36,245 nucleotides of DNA, taken from Oscillospiraceae bacterium (lineage in GTDB: Bacteria > Bacillota > Clostridia > Oscillospirales > Ruminococcaceae). Shown here piece after piece: positions 14,761 to 24,641 of the stretch; position 1 is the stretch's first letter; each line of letters opens with the position of its first letter. Under the pieces are notes generated by a model that did no database searches, was not told the DNA's origin, and saw only the letters and a program-made list of their open reading frames with translations. Position numbers and translations under genes: made by a program. The DNA is taken from assembly GCA_045545715.1 (NCBI GenBank), contig JAZQBJ010000228.1, forward strand, positions 1 through 36,245. The letters run 5' to 3'.

Positions 14761-15435
14761 TTGAAGATTTTTAAGGGTTTTGTTTTTTCTTTTTCGGTTT
14801 TGTTTTTGATTTTCGGAAGCGGATTTTTCCGCTGTTCCTCCCCTTTTTTTGAAAAAAGCAGTTTTTGCAGGATCGACGGCGGAAAAACTTTTGTTGAACA
14901 GCGGGGATTTTGTCTTTTCTTTTCTGATTATACAAGACCTTTGAGCCGAAAAATCGAGCTTTCTTCCGGTTCTGTCAAAAATCCCGGAAAATGTCTTTTT
15001 TACGGAAACCGTGTTTTTCTCCCGGATCGGGATATTTTCATCGGTTTTTCGGAAAAAGGAGAGGCTTTTCTTTTTGGCGGCGCGGTTTTTGACCGAAACG
15101 GCAACATTGTTTTTGAATTTCCGCCGGCGGAAGATTTTTACGGAAGCGGAAAGGTCCTTCCCGAAAAAATTTTTCTTTTGGGAGAAGAAAAGCTTGTTTT
15201 TGTTTTTGACAACCTTTCTTTTGTTTTTGATACGGAAAGCGGAACATGCGAAGCGCGTGTTCCGCTTTTTGCTTTATTGTTTGCGGCAATTTTCGACATT
15301 CCCTTGATTTTGGCCTTATGTTTTTGTATTATTAAAAAGGTATTTATTTTTATAAAACAATTTTTATTTGGCGAGGTAATTTTTGAAAATGATTTCCGTA
15401 AAACGCGTTGTTTCAAAATTCAGAAGGATTTATGA
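14761..15435 (+). CDS. hypothetical Phe-rich membrane-anchored protein
   Basis: The likely start is TTG 14761, 9 nt after GGAGG. The ATG at 14716 lies inside the operator and promoter. There are N- and C-terminal hydrophobic segments. I recognise no family, and the sequence is T-rich and low-complexity. Confidence 0.45.
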   Translation: MKIFKGFVFSFSVLFLIFGSGFFRCSSPFFEKSSFCRIDGGKTFVEQRGFCLFFSDYTRPLSRKIELSSGSVKNPGKCLFYGNRVFLPDRDIFIGFSEKGEAFLFGGAVFDRNGNIVFEFPPAEDFYGSGKVLPEKIFLLGEEKLVFVFDNLSFVFDTESGTCEARVPLFALLFAAIFDIPLILALCFCIIKKVFIFIKQFLFGEVIFENDFRKTRCFKIQKDL

Positions 15436-16171
15436 AGGAAAATTCCTTTTCCGCTGTTTTGTTCTTGTTGCGACCCTTGCTCTTCTTATAGCCGTTCCGG
15501 AAGAGTTCGAAGTTATGAGCGGCTGGAATTTTTTCAGGGAATTTTCTCTTTTCCATATTCTTTGGGTTATCTGGATGGCGGATATGCTTCTCCAGATTTT
15601 CCCCAGCAGAAAATTCCTTCCCCTCGGTTCTTCAAAATTCAGCCTTAAGGATTTTATTCCGAGAGAGATAAAGAACATCCGCAACCTTGAAAACCTCCTT
15701 GCCTATATCAAAAAATGCAACCGCGACACCATAAAAATCGGAATCGTCTGGTTTTTGCTCACTGCCGCAATCGGCGTTCTCTATTTCAGCGGAATTATCG
15801 GAAGAAACATGCTTCTTGTTCTTTCCGTGGCTTTTTATGTCTGCGATCTGATCTGCGTTCTTTTCTGGTGTCCCTTCCGGGTCTGGTTTATGAAAAACCG
15901 CTGCTGCACAACCTGCCGAATTTTCAACTGGGACCACATGATGATGTTTTCTCCCATTGTTTTTGTTCCGGGATTTTTCACCTGGAGCCTTTGCGCCGGC
16001 GCGCTTATTGTTCTTGCAATCTGGGAAATTTCCTTTGCTCTCCATCCGGAAAGATTTTATGAAGGAACAAACGAAGCCCTTAAATGTTCCAACTGCACCG
16101 ACGTTCTTTGCGGAAAGCGAAACTGCGCCGCGGATATTCCGGATTTGGACAACATCACGAAAGGTATCTGA
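15383..16171 (+). CDS. hypothetical polytopic membrane protein with Cys-rich motifs
   Basis: 262 aa with several TM segments. Contains CPFRVWFMKNRCCTTCRIFNWDH and CSNCTDVLCGKRNC. It overlaps the upstream ORF by about 50 nt. I recognise no family. Confidence 0.55.
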   Translation: MKMISVKRVVSKFRRIYEGKFLFRCFVLVATLALLIAVPEEFEVMSGWNFFREFSLFHILWVIWMADMLLQIFPSRKFLPLGSSKFSLKDFIPREIKNIRNLENLLAYIKKCNRDTIKIGIVWFLLTAAIGVLYFSGIIGRNMLLVLSVAFYVCDLICVLFWCPFRVWFMKNRCCTTCRIFNWDHMMMFSPIVFVPGFFTWSLCAGALIVLAIWEISFALHPERFYEGTNEALKCSNCTDVLCGKRNCAADIPDLDNITKGI

Positions 16172-16173
16172 TT

Positions 16174-16890
16174 ATGGCAATAAAAGCAATCTTATGGGAT
16201 TATGACGGAACGCTTATGGATTCATCAAAAAAATCCATCGAGGTTAGCCTCGAAGTTCTTTCCCATTTCATTCCCGACATTTATGAAAATATTCCGGAGC
16301 CCCTTTCCTCAAGGGAAAATTTCCAGGAAACTTACGGAAGAATTTCCGATTGGGTGGAACTTTATCACTTTTGCTATGGTCTTAACGATGAACAGACCCG
16401 GGAAGCAGTTAAAATGTGGGGCGAAGTTCAGCTCCGAAACAAAACCGAAGCGGAACTTTATTCCGGAATCCCCGAAATTCTTGAACATTTTAAAAAAACA
16501 AAAATGGGCGTCTGTTCCCAAAACGGCGCCGGAATTATAAAAAGATCTCTTGAGCACCATTCCGTGCTCAAGTATTTCGGAGCGGTCATCGGGGTCGATG
16601 ACGTTCTTTTTGATGAACAAAAACCCCACCCCTCCGCTTTTATAAAAGCCCTTGAAAAACTCGGAATCGAGGACAGAAACGAAACTTTTGTCTATATCGG
16701 CGATCACAGCGTGGACGTTGCCTTCGGCAGAAACGCCGAAGCCATGCTCAAAAAAGATTTTCCAAAAGCAAAAGTTGTCTGCATCGCGATGCACCACCCG
16801 GGTGATTACTGCGAAGAGGACGAAAACTTCCTTCCGGACTATATTGCCCACAGTTCTTCCGAGCTTTTTGAGATACTGAACGGAATTTAA
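16174..16890 (+). CDS. HAD-superfamily hydrolase (subfamily IA, phosphatase-like)
   Basis: The start MAIKAILWDYDGTLMDS carries the DxDxT motif. Also ...VCSQNG..., and YIGDHSVDV. The ATG at 16174 is 2 nt after the upstream stop codon. Confidence 0.8.
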   Translation: MAIKAILWDYDGTLMDSSKKSIEVSLEVLSHFIPDIYENIPEPLSSRENFQETYGRISDWVELYHFCYGLNDEQTREAVKMWGEVQLRNKTEAELYSGIPEILEHFKKTKMGVCSQNGAGIIKRSLEHHSVLKYFGAVIGVDDVLFDEQKPHPSAFIKALEKLGIEDRNETFVYIGDHSVDVAFGRNAEAMLKKDFPKAKVVCIAMHHPGDYCEEDENFLPDYIAHSSSELFEILNGI

Positions 16891-16962
16891 ACCTTCTTTG
16901 CCGTGAAGGAAGATTTAAGTTCTTTAATTGGCGATTTTTCGCCGGAAAGGACTTTGATTCTT

Positions 16963-18444
16963 ATGAAAACCGATTACAGTAAATTAAACGAAAAAATTTT
17001 TGAACTTGCCGGAAAATTCGGTGAAAACGGAGCTTTTCTTATAAACCATAAAGGCGAAACCGTTTTGTGCACCGTTTACGGCAAAAATCTTTCCACCGAA
17101 GAACCGATAGAGAAGGAAAGCCGTTACCTTTTGCCTCTTGAATGTTCTTCAATGCTCGCACTTTGTGCGTTTATCCTTATTGATGAAGGAAAGCTCCGTC
17201 TTTCCGATAAAATTTCGAAATTTATTCCGGAATTTGAGCACGCGGATAAAATCACTATCCGCCATCTCCTTTCCGGAAAAAGCGGAATCCGGGATTTTTA
17301 TTTCGGAGAGATCCGCAGGACCCTTGATGAGGATAAGGAATATTCTTCTCTTTCCGATTTTGAGCGCAGAAAAAGGGATATGGAGCTTTATCTCCGGGAT
17401 TATTCTTTCGAAGCGGTGCTCGATTCCATAAAAGGAAAAGAACTTGAGCACGAACCGGGCACTTCCGGCGATTTTTCCTCCAGTAACACCGTTTTCCTCA
17501 AGGAAATCATCGAAAGAGTTTCCGGTCTTTCCGCAAGGGAATTCATAAAACTCAATATTTTCGAAAAACTCGGAATGGAAAACACCGAAATCGGAATTTC
17601 CGAAAAGGCTCTTCCGCTTTATGCTCTTTTCCGCAACGAGGAATATATTGAATTTTGCACCGAAAACACCGATTATCCGTTCTTCACCACAACCCTTTCC
17701 GATCTTGAAAAACTTATGCTGGGAATTTTTGAGCACAGGGTTTTCTCCGAAAAGCTTTTTAGGACCGCAACAAGATTCGATTCGGAAAACATAGGGCTTT
17801 GTTTTGAAAATCTTAACGGATATCCCGTTTTCTTCCTTGATTTTGAATCTTTTTCTCCCGTGATTTTCTATTTTGATAAGGAAAACGATTTTTGCTGGAT
17901 GCTTGTTACCCCCTGCTGTTCAAAATACATTATGGAAGGCGACAACAAATATCTCACTTTTTCCAAGGGAACGAGAATGGAGATCGAACCGATTTTTGTT
18001 TTTCCGAAAAACACAAAAATGCTGCCCTACGGAAAGAAAAACTGGCTCCAGGCGACCGCACTTGAAATTCGTCCCGACCAGAGGGAATTTGTTTCCGGCG
18101 CTCTTGAAACCATAGCTTATGCCTGCGCCCACAAAAATCACAGACTTTTTGTTGAAACCGAAGGCGGAAAAGCCGTCGGTCTTCTTGAACTTTCCATAGA
18201 CCGGAAAAAGGGCGATTATAATATCGAAACCGTTATAATCGACCGCCGCTATCAGGGCAGAGGTTTCGGAAAATTCATGCTCCGCTTTGCCGTTGATTAT
18301 CTTAAAAAAGCCGGCGCAAAAAAACTTTCCATCGGGGTCAACCGCTTCAACATTCCCGCTCAGAAATTATACAGATCCGTAGGATTCAAAGAGGACTGCG
18401 TTTATGAGGAAGGAATTTTTATGACCCAGGAGCTTTCCGATTAA
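16963..18444 (+). CDS. fusion of a beta-lactamase-like serine-hydrolase-fold domain and a C-terminal GNAT N-acetyltransferase
   Basis: N-terminal part: FILIDEGKLRLSDKISKFIPEF...ITIRHLLSGKSGIRDF (PF00144-like). C-terminal part: VIIDRRYQGRGFGKFMLRFAVDYLKKAG...QKLYRSVGF (GNAT motif A). The start is probably ATG 16963, since GTG 16903 has no SD. Confidence 0.7.
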   Translation: MKTDYSKLNEKIFELAGKFGENGAFLINHKGETVLCTVYGKNLSTEEPIEKESRYLLPLECSSMLALCAFILIDEGKLRLSDKISKFIPEFEHADKITIRHLLSGKSGIRDFYFGEIRRTLDEDKEYSSLSDFERRKRDMELYLRDYSFEAVLDSIKGKELEHEPGTSGDFSSSNTVFLKEIIERVSGLSAREFIKLNIFEKLGMENTEIGISEKALPLYALFRNEEYIEFCTENTDYPFFTTTLSDLEKLMLGIFEHRVFSEKLFRTATRFDSENIGLCFENLNGYPVFFLDFESFSPVIFYFDKENDFCWMLVTPCCSKYIMEGDNKYLTFSKGTRMEIEPIFVFPKNTKMLPYGKKNWLQATALEIRPDQREFVSGALETIAYACAHKNHRLFVETEGGKAVGLLELSIDRKKGDYNIETVIIDRRYQGRGFGKFMLRFAVDYLKKAGAKKLSIGVNRFNIPAQKLYRSVGFKEDCVYEEGIFMTQELSD

Positions 18445-18457
18445 AAATATTTAAAAA

Positions 18458-18499
18458 CAAAAAAGCGGTGCTTCAAGATTTTGAAGCACCGCTCATTTT
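18458..18499. terminator. bidirectional rho-independent terminator
   Basis: GCGGTGCTTCAA-gatt-TTGAAGCACCGC, with an A-run and a T-run on the flanks. Confidence 0.85.
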
Positions 18500-19858
18500 T
18501 TATCTGTAATCGAAAGTATGGAGCCAATCGCCTTTGAGGTAATATATAAGGAAAATAATGCAGCTTAAAAGCCAGGTTATGGGATATGCCCAATAGACGG
18601 TTTCTATCACCGGATAGAATCGCACCGCAACGGTTATATAGGTAACACGGATTATGCACCAGCAAAGGAGCATTGTGTACATGGGCATTTTTGCTTTTCC
18701 GGCGCCGCGCATTACAGCAGAAACCGCATGGGCAAAGGCCAGTGCAAAGAAGAAGATGGATTCTGTTCTCATCTGGTTGACACCGATTTCAACAACCGCA
18801 GGATCGCTGTTGAAAAGCGGGATTACCCATGGGCAGATTATCCAAAGAATACCGCCGAGTATCTCCGCGGAAGCCATTGCTGAAAGGATTCCGAAGCGGG
18901 AACCTTTGAGGGCGCGTTCGTGATTTCCGGCGCCGAGGTTCTGGCCGATGAAGGTGGTTATGGCCATGGAGAAGGACATTATCGGAATGAAGATGAAGCC
19001 TTCGATTTTTGAATAGGAACCGCAGCCGGCCATGGCATCATCGCCGAATGCATTTATGTTGGACTGGACAACAACGTTTGCTATGGAGATAATTGAGTTG
19101 TTTATTCCGGAAGGAATTCCCTGATGAAGTATCTCTTTAAGTCTGTCAAAATCAAAGCGGATCTTATTGAGATGAAGCTGATAATAGCCTTCGCTCATAA
19201 GCAGTTTTCTGAAACCGAGAACAGCCGAAAGCATCTGGCTTATAACCGTTGCAACAGCCGCACCCGCAACGCCCAAATTGAAAACGCCGACAAAAACAAG
19301 GTCAAGAACAATGTTTGTAAGCGAAGCGATTATCAGAAAACGAAGAGGGCTTTTTGAATCGCCCACCGCCTGCAGAATTCCCGCGCAGACGTTATAGGTA
19401 AGGGTGAAAAAGCTTCCGAAGAAATAGATCCGGAAATAGGTTGTTGAAAGGGGAAGAACGTTTTCCGGGGTTTTCATAAGTATCAGAAGCTTTGGCGCAA
19501 GCCAAAGGCCGAGGATTGAAAGAGTGAGTCCGCAGCAGAGAGCGAAGGCCACGGCGGTGTGGATCGCCTTCTGCATTTTTTCGAAATCCCTTGCACCCAG
19601 ATAGCGGCTTATGATAACGCCGGCACCCATGCAAAGACCCATGAAAAAGCCGGTCATCATAAAAATAAGGTTTCCGCTGCTGGAAACCGCCGCAAGAGCT
19701 TCTTTTCCGACAAAGTTGCCGACGATTATGCTGTCGGCGGTGTTATAAAGCTGTTGGAAAAGATGCCCGATAAAAACAGGTATTGCAAAACTTATCATAC
19801 ACTTCCAGATTGGACCGGAAGTCATATCTATACGTTTTGACGCTTGTTCAGAAGCCAA
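18500..19858 (-). CDS. MATE family efflux transporter
   Basis: 452 aa. GPIWKCMISFAIPVFIGHLFQQLYNTADSIIVGNFVGKEALAAV, with 12 predicted TM-like segments. Confidence 0.9.
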   Translation of the reverse strand: MASEQASKRIDMTSGPIWKCMISFAIPVFIGHLFQQLYNTADSIIVGNFVGKEALAAVSSSGNLIFMMTGFFMGLCMGAGVIISRYLGARDFEKMQKAIHTAVAFALCCGLTLSILGLWLAPKLLILMKTPENVLPLSTTYFRIYFFGSFFTLTYNVCAGILQAVGDSKSPLRFLIIASLTNIVLDLVFVGVFNLGVAGAAVATVISQMLSAVLGFRKLLMSEGYYQLHLNKIRFDFDRLKEILHQGIPSGINNSIISIANVVVQSNINAFGDDAMAGCGSYSKIEGFIFIPIMSFSMAITTFIGQNLGAGNHERALKGSRFGILSAMASAEILGGILWIICPWVIPLFNSDPAVVEIGVNQMRTESIFFFALAFAHAVSAVMRGAGKAKMPMYTMLLCWCIIRVTYITVAVRFYPVIETVYWAYPITWLLSCIIFLIYYLKGDWLHTFDYR

Positions 19859-20048
19859 AAAAACGCCTCCTATTTTTTATTATTTTAAAACCGAAATATA
19901 TTATATTCTTTAAAAATGTTGCTGTCAATTGTAGCATTTTTCTACAATTTTATTAAAACTTGGTTTTTCCATCTTTTCTTCGGAATAAAAAAACTTTTCG
20001 GGGCCAAAATATTGCCAAAAGGATTTTTTTAAAAAAGGTGGTTATAAA

Positions 20049-20765
20049 ATGAAAAACAACAAAAGAAGCGGTCTTGGCGGTTTTCTTGCCGGACGCGGAT
20101 TTTATGCCGCAATGGCTGTTTGTCTTATCGGCGCGGTAACCGCTGCCTGGGTAACAGCAGACCGCACCATAAGTTCGCTTAACGAAAAAAACAACGTCCC
20201 TGTTCCGGAAAACCGGGTGGTTTCCGAAGAAAAATATGATCCGGATGATTCGATTTTTGCTTCTGAAGACGTTGGCGCACCCAAAGAGGATATCAAAATC
20301 GAAAAGGAACCTGAAAATTCCGAACCGGAAGAAAACACTTTTAACTTTTTTGGCAAAGGCAACGTTTTTCTGATGCCGGTCGAGGGCAAAACCGCAGCCG
20401 GACACAGCGGCGGCGAACTTGTGAAATATGAGGCTCTCGGCGAATGGCGCACCCATGACGGAATTGACATTCTTTGTGAAACCGGAAGCGAAATAAAGGC
20501 TTCTTCCGACGGAAAAGTTGTTTCTGTAACAAACGACCCCCTTTGGGGAACGGTTGTTGAAATTTTGCACGACGGAAACGTTGCGACAATTTACAGCGGT
20601 CTTGAACCGGAAGTTTTTGTAAAGGCGGAGGACAAGGTAAAAGCCGGCGACGTTATCGGAAAGCTTGGCGAAACGAACCTCGCGGAGGTTGACGGCGAAG
20701 CGCATCTTCATTTTGCGATGAAAGAAAACGGCAAATTCATCGACCCCATGACCAAATTGAAATGA
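20049..20765 (+). CDS. M23 family metallopeptidase with N-terminal membrane anchor
   Basis: HxxxD motif in THDGIDI and HxH motif in EAHLHFAM. N-terminal TM segment FYAAMAVCLIGAVTAAW. Confidence 0.85.
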   Translation: MKNNKRSGLGGFLAGRGFYAAMAVCLIGAVTAAWVTADRTISSLNEKNNVPVPENRVVSEEKYDPDDSIFASEDVGAPKEDIKIEKEPENSEPEENTFNFFGKGNVFLMPVEGKTAAGHSGGELVKYEALGEWRTHDGIDILCETGSEIKASSDGKVVSVTNDPLWGTVVEILHDGNVATIYSGLEPEVFVKAEDKVKAGDVIGKLGETNLAEVDGEAHLHFAMKENGKFIDPMTKLK

Positions 20766-20795
20766 TTTCAGTTTTTTAAGGCGTAAAATCCCAAA

Positions 20796-20828
20796 TAAAA
20801 AAGCACCGCTTTCGCGGTGCTTTTTTAT
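20796..20828. terminator. bidirectional rho-independent terminator
   Basis: GCACCGC-tttc-GCGGTGC flanked by AAAAAA and TTTTTT. Confidence 0.85.
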
Positions 20829-20845
20829 TGTATCGGGTTTTGTTT

Positions 20846-22267
20846 TTATTTTCCGAGGACGGATTCATAAAGGCGGGTATAGGCGTGAGCGCTTCTGCTC
20901 CAGCTGAAATCGCAGGAAAGGGCGTTGAGAACCGCTTCTTTCCAGCGTTCGCCTTTATAATAAAGGGTTTCTGCGCGGCGGATGGCATCGAGCATATCGT
21001 CAGCGTTATAGGTCTGGAAAGTGAATCCGTTGCCTTTAATTCCGCCGAGATCCTTGATGGAATCCTTAAGGCCGCCGGTTTCGCGGACTATCGGGATAGT
21101 TCCGTAGCGAAGAGCTATCATCTGGGCAAGACCGCAGGGTTCGCTCTTGCTGGGCATAAGAAATGCATCGGAGCCGGCATAAATTCTTCTTGCAAGGGCG
21201 GGGATAAATCCGCAGACAAAGCTTATTCTGCCCGGATATTTATCCTGCATATAGCGGAAGAAACTTTCGAAAGCGGATTCTCCGGAACCGAGGATAGCAA
21301 TCTGGACGTTGTCTTCCATCATTCTGTCACAAACAGCACGCACAAGATCAAGACCCTTGTGGGAAACAAGTCTTCCGACCATGCCTATAAGCATTTTTCC
21401 GGAATCGACTTCAAGGCCCATTTCCTTCTGGAGTTCTTCCTTGCATTTTGCTTTTCCGGAAAGATCGAATTTGGAGAAGGTTGCGGGAATCTCTTTATCG
21501 GTTACAGGATCGTAGCCTTCGGTATCGATTCCGTTGAGGATTCCGGCAAGTTTATATTTTCTTTCGCGCAAAAGGCGATCCATTCCCCATGCAAACCAGG
21601 GATCCTGGATTTCTTCCGCATAGGTGGGGCTTACGGTGGAAATTGCGTCGCACTGGTCGATTCCGGCTTTCATGTAGTTGCAGCGGCCGTCATATTCCAC
21701 AAAACCGCGGCTGTTTTCGGGGATTCCAAGAACGTCCGCAGCAAAATACATATCATAGTTTCCCTGATACTGGATGTTATGGATGGTATAGACGGTTTTG
21801 ATTTTTCCGTATTTCGGTTCTCCGCGATAGAAAAGGCGAAGGAAAGTCGGGATAAGTCCGGTCTGCCAATCGTGACAATGGATGATATCCGGTTCAAAAT
21901 CCATGAATTTAATGGCTTCGAGCACAGCCATGGAAAAATAGCCGAAACGCTCGCCGTCATCAAACTGTCCGTAAATTGCTTCACGCTTGAAATAATATTC
22001 GTTATCAATAAAATAGAAAGTTACGCCGTTATAAACGGTTTTTAAAAGGCCGCAATAAAGATTTCTCCAGCCGAGCCAGACTTTGAATTCCGCGATTTTT
22101 TCCATTTCTTCACGGTATTTATCCGGAATCTGGGAATAGAACGGAAGAATTACTCTGCAGTCACAGCCTGCGCCAAGAAGTGCTTTCGGAAGAGCGCCGA
22201 TCACGTCCGCAAGTCCGCCGGATGCTATGAAGGGACGGGCTTCGCTTGCCGCAAAAAGTACGTTCAT
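20846..22267 (-). CDS. glgA: glycogen synthase (ADP-glucose type)
   Basis: MNVLFAASEARPFIASGGLADVIGALPKAL... 473 aa. Confidence 0.95.
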   Translation of the reverse strand: MNVLFAASEARPFIASGGLADVIGALPKALLGAGCDCRVILPFYSQIPDKYREEMEKIAEFKVWLGWRNLYCGLLKTVYNGVTFYFIDNEYYFKREAIYGQFDDGERFGYFSMAVLEAIKFMDFEPDIIHCHDWQTGLIPTFLRLFYRGEPKYGKIKTVYTIHNIQYQGNYDMYFAADVLGIPENSRGFVEYDGRCNYMKAGIDQCDAISTVSPTYAEEIQDPWFAWGMDRLLRERKYKLAGILNGIDTEGYDPVTDKEIPATFSKFDLSGKAKCKEELQKEMGLEVDSGKMLIGMVGRLVSHKGLDLVRAVCDRMMEDNVQIAILGSGESAFESFFRYMQDKYPGRISFVCGFIPALARRIYAGSDAFLMPSKSEPCGLAQMIALRYGTIPIVRETGGLKDSIKDLGGIKGNGFTFQTYNADDMLDAIRRAETLYYKGERWKEAVLNALSCDFSWSRSAHAYTRLYESVLGK

Positions 22268-22306
22268 AAATTTTCCCTCCTTGCTCCCCTTTTGGGGAAG
22301 GTTTTT

Positions 22307-23416
22307 TTAAAGGACCGTATCCTTCGGGATATAGAGCGGGTATTTTTCGGAACCTGCAAGATGGGTTCCGGCGGGGATAACCACGTTTTTATCGGTGATT
22401 ACGTATTCAAGTTCGCAGTTTTCGCCGACAAAGGTGTTGTGCATGAGCACACAGCCTTTTACTTTTGCGCCTTTTTCGATTGTTGCTCCGCGGAAGAGAA
22501 CGGATTCTTCAACTTCGCCGTCAACATGGCAGCCGTCGGTTACAAGCGCTTTCGAAACTTTTGCCTTTTCACCGTATTTTGCGGAAACCTGGTCGCGAAC
22601 GCGGGTATAAATCGGTCTTTCTGCCGGGAAGAGAGATTTTCTTACTTCCGGATCGAGAAGAGCGAGGCTGGAATCAAGATAGTTGCGAAGACCGGTAAGT
22701 TTATTGCAATAACCTTCGAAAAGATAGCCTTGGATGTTGAGCACGCCTTTTTTTGCCATGAGCACGGAATGGACAAAGCTGTGCTCATCTTTGCTTGCGC
22801 ATTCTGCGATAAGCTCATCGAGAAGCGGTTTTTTGATTATTGCGATATCGAGATAGATATTCTGGGTGCCTTCCAGTTCCGGGTTGAGATAAAGGTCGAG
22901 GAGCTTTCCGCATTCATCAAAGAAGAGTGCCGCACACTGTTTTTTCTCGCGGAAAACTTCGCTGCGTTTATAAATAAGGGTGATATCCGCGCCGCTTTCT
23001 TCGTGCTGTTTTACAACCGGGCGAAGATCGATGTTTGCGACAACGTCGCTGTCGCAAAGAACAACGTTTTTGGCGTCGCTGGCTTTTATGTATTCGCGGA
23101 TCCCGTAAAGAGCTTCCATTCTTCCGCGATAGACACCGCGTTCACCCGCATAGGGAGGAAGGATCGAAAGTCCGCCGTTTTTTCTGGACATATCCCATTC
23201 CTGACCGTTACCGACATGGTTCATAAGGCTCTGGTAATTCTTGCTCGGAACAAGGCCGACGTCATAAATTCCGGAGTTGGTCATATTGGAAAGGGCAAAG
23301 TCGATCATGCGGTATCTTCCGCCGAAAGGAATTGAACCGAGGGTCCTGTTTGCGGTAAGCTGGGGAACAAGGTCATCATGCATGTTACATACGATTATAC
23401 CGAGGATATCTCTCAT
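22307..23416 (-). CDS. glgD: glucose-1-phosphate adenylyltransferase, GlgD (regulatory-like) subunit
   Basis: 369 aa paralogue of GlgC without the GGxGxRL motif. Its position between glgC and glgA is as in Firmicutes. Confidence 0.85.
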   Translation of the reverse strand: MRDILGIIVCNMHDDLVPQLTANRTLGSIPFGGRYRMIDFALSNMTNSGIYDVGLVPSKNYQSLMNHVGNGQEWDMSRKNGGLSILPPYAGERGVYRGRMEALYGIREYIKASDAKNVVLCDSDVVANIDLRPVVKQHEESGADITLIYKRSEVFREKKQCAALFFDECGKLLDLYLNPELEGTQNIYLDIAIIKKPLLDELIAECASKDEHSFVHSVLMAKKGVLNIQGYLFEGYCNKLTGLRNYLDSSLALLDPEVRKSLFPAERPIYTRVRDQVSAKYGEKAKVSKALVTDGCHVDGEVEESVLFRGATIEKGAKVKGCVLMHNTFVGENCELEYVITDKNVVIPAGTHLAGSEKYPLYIPKDTVL

Positions 23417-24588
23417 TTTGCCGCCTCCTTTCCAAAGATTGCGCCGGGTTCGACGGTTGCTTCATCGGCAACGACTGCTTCCGGACCTATAAGGGTTACT
23501 TTTCCGCCGTCGGCGCCGATTTTTGCGTTTTCGCCGATAACCGCATTTTCGCCGACGATTGTTTTATAAAGTTTTGCGCCGGCTTTAACGGTTGAACCGG
23601 GCATTATAACGCTTTCTTTGATCTCCGCGCCTGCTTCAACGGTTACACCCGCAAAGAGAACGGAACGTTCAACTTTTCCGCCTACGGTGCAGCCTTCGGT
23701 TACCATGGAATCTTTGATCTCCGCGCCTGCTTCAACCATATGAGGAGGCATTACCGGGCTGCGGCTGTAAATCTTCCAGCTGTTGTCATAAAGGTCAAGG
23801 TCGCTTCCGTCAAGAAGATCCATGTGTGCTTCCCAAAGGGAATCGACGGTACCGACATCTTTCCAATAACCCTCAAAAGCATAAACGGCCATTTTTTCGC
23901 CTGCTTCGAGCATATTCGGAAGGACGTTCTTTCCGAAGTCGTTTTCGGATTCCGGATCCGCTTCGTCCTCGGTAAGATATTTGCTGAGTTTATCCGCAGA
24001 GAAAATATAGATACCCATGGAAGCAAGGTCGCTTCTGGGGTTAGCCGGTTTTTCCTCAAATTCGGTTATATAGCCTTCATCGTTTGCGATTATTATGCCG
24101 AAACGGGAAGCTTCCGAAAGCGGAACTTTAAGAGCGGCAACGGTTACGGCTGCGCCTTTTTCAATATGTTTTTCGAGCATTGCGGCATAATCCATTTTGT
24201 AAATATGGTCGCCGGAGAGGATTACTACATATTCAGGATCATAGCGCTCAATGAAGCGGAGGTTCTGATAAATAGCGTTTGCGGTGCCTTTGTACCAATC
24301 GCGTCCGGTGTTGCGCTGATAAGGCGGAAGAACAAATGCGCCGCCGCCCATACGGTCAAGGTCCCAGGGCTGTCCGTTTCCGATGTACTGGGCAAGTTCA
24401 AACGGTTCATACTGTGTAAGGATTCCGACGGTATCGACCCCGGAGTTTACACAGTTTGAAAGCGGAAAATCGATGATTCGGTATTTTCCGCCGAAGGGCA
24501 CAGCCGGTTTGGCAAGGTCCTTAGTAAGGGCATAAAGTCTGCTGCCCTGGCCGCCGGCCAGAAGCATTGCTAACATTTTTTTACGCAA
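23413..24588 (-). CDS. glgC: glucose-1-phosphate adenylyltransferase
   Basis: [45 protein letters not shown]. The likely start is the in-frame TTG at 24586-24588, 9 nt after GGAGG. The ATG at 24574-24576 is an alternative. Confidence 0.92.
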   Translation of the reverse strand: MRKKMLAMLLAGGQGSRLYALTKDLAKPAVPFGGKYRIIDFPLSNCVNSGVDTVGILTQYEPFELAQYIGNGQPWDLDRMGGGAFVLPPYQRNTGRDWYKGTANAIYQNLRFIERYDPEYVVILSGDHIYKMDYAAMLEKHIEKGAAVTVAALKVPLSEASRFGIIIANDEGYITEFEEKPANPRSDLASMGIYIFSADKLSKYLTEDEADPESENDFGKNVLPNMLEAGEKMAVYAFEGYWKDVGTVDSLWEAHMDLLDGSDLDLYDNSWKIYSRSPVMPPHMVEAGAEIKDSMVTEGCTVGGKVERSVLFAGVTVEAGAEIKESVIMPGSTVKAGAKLYKTIVGENAVIGENAKIGADGGKVTLIGPEAVVADEATVEPGAIFGKEAAK

Positions 24589-24641
24589 GTATATCAACCT
24601 CCTTGAGATTTTTAACTGTTTAAAGCTTACCTTCAGGCTTT

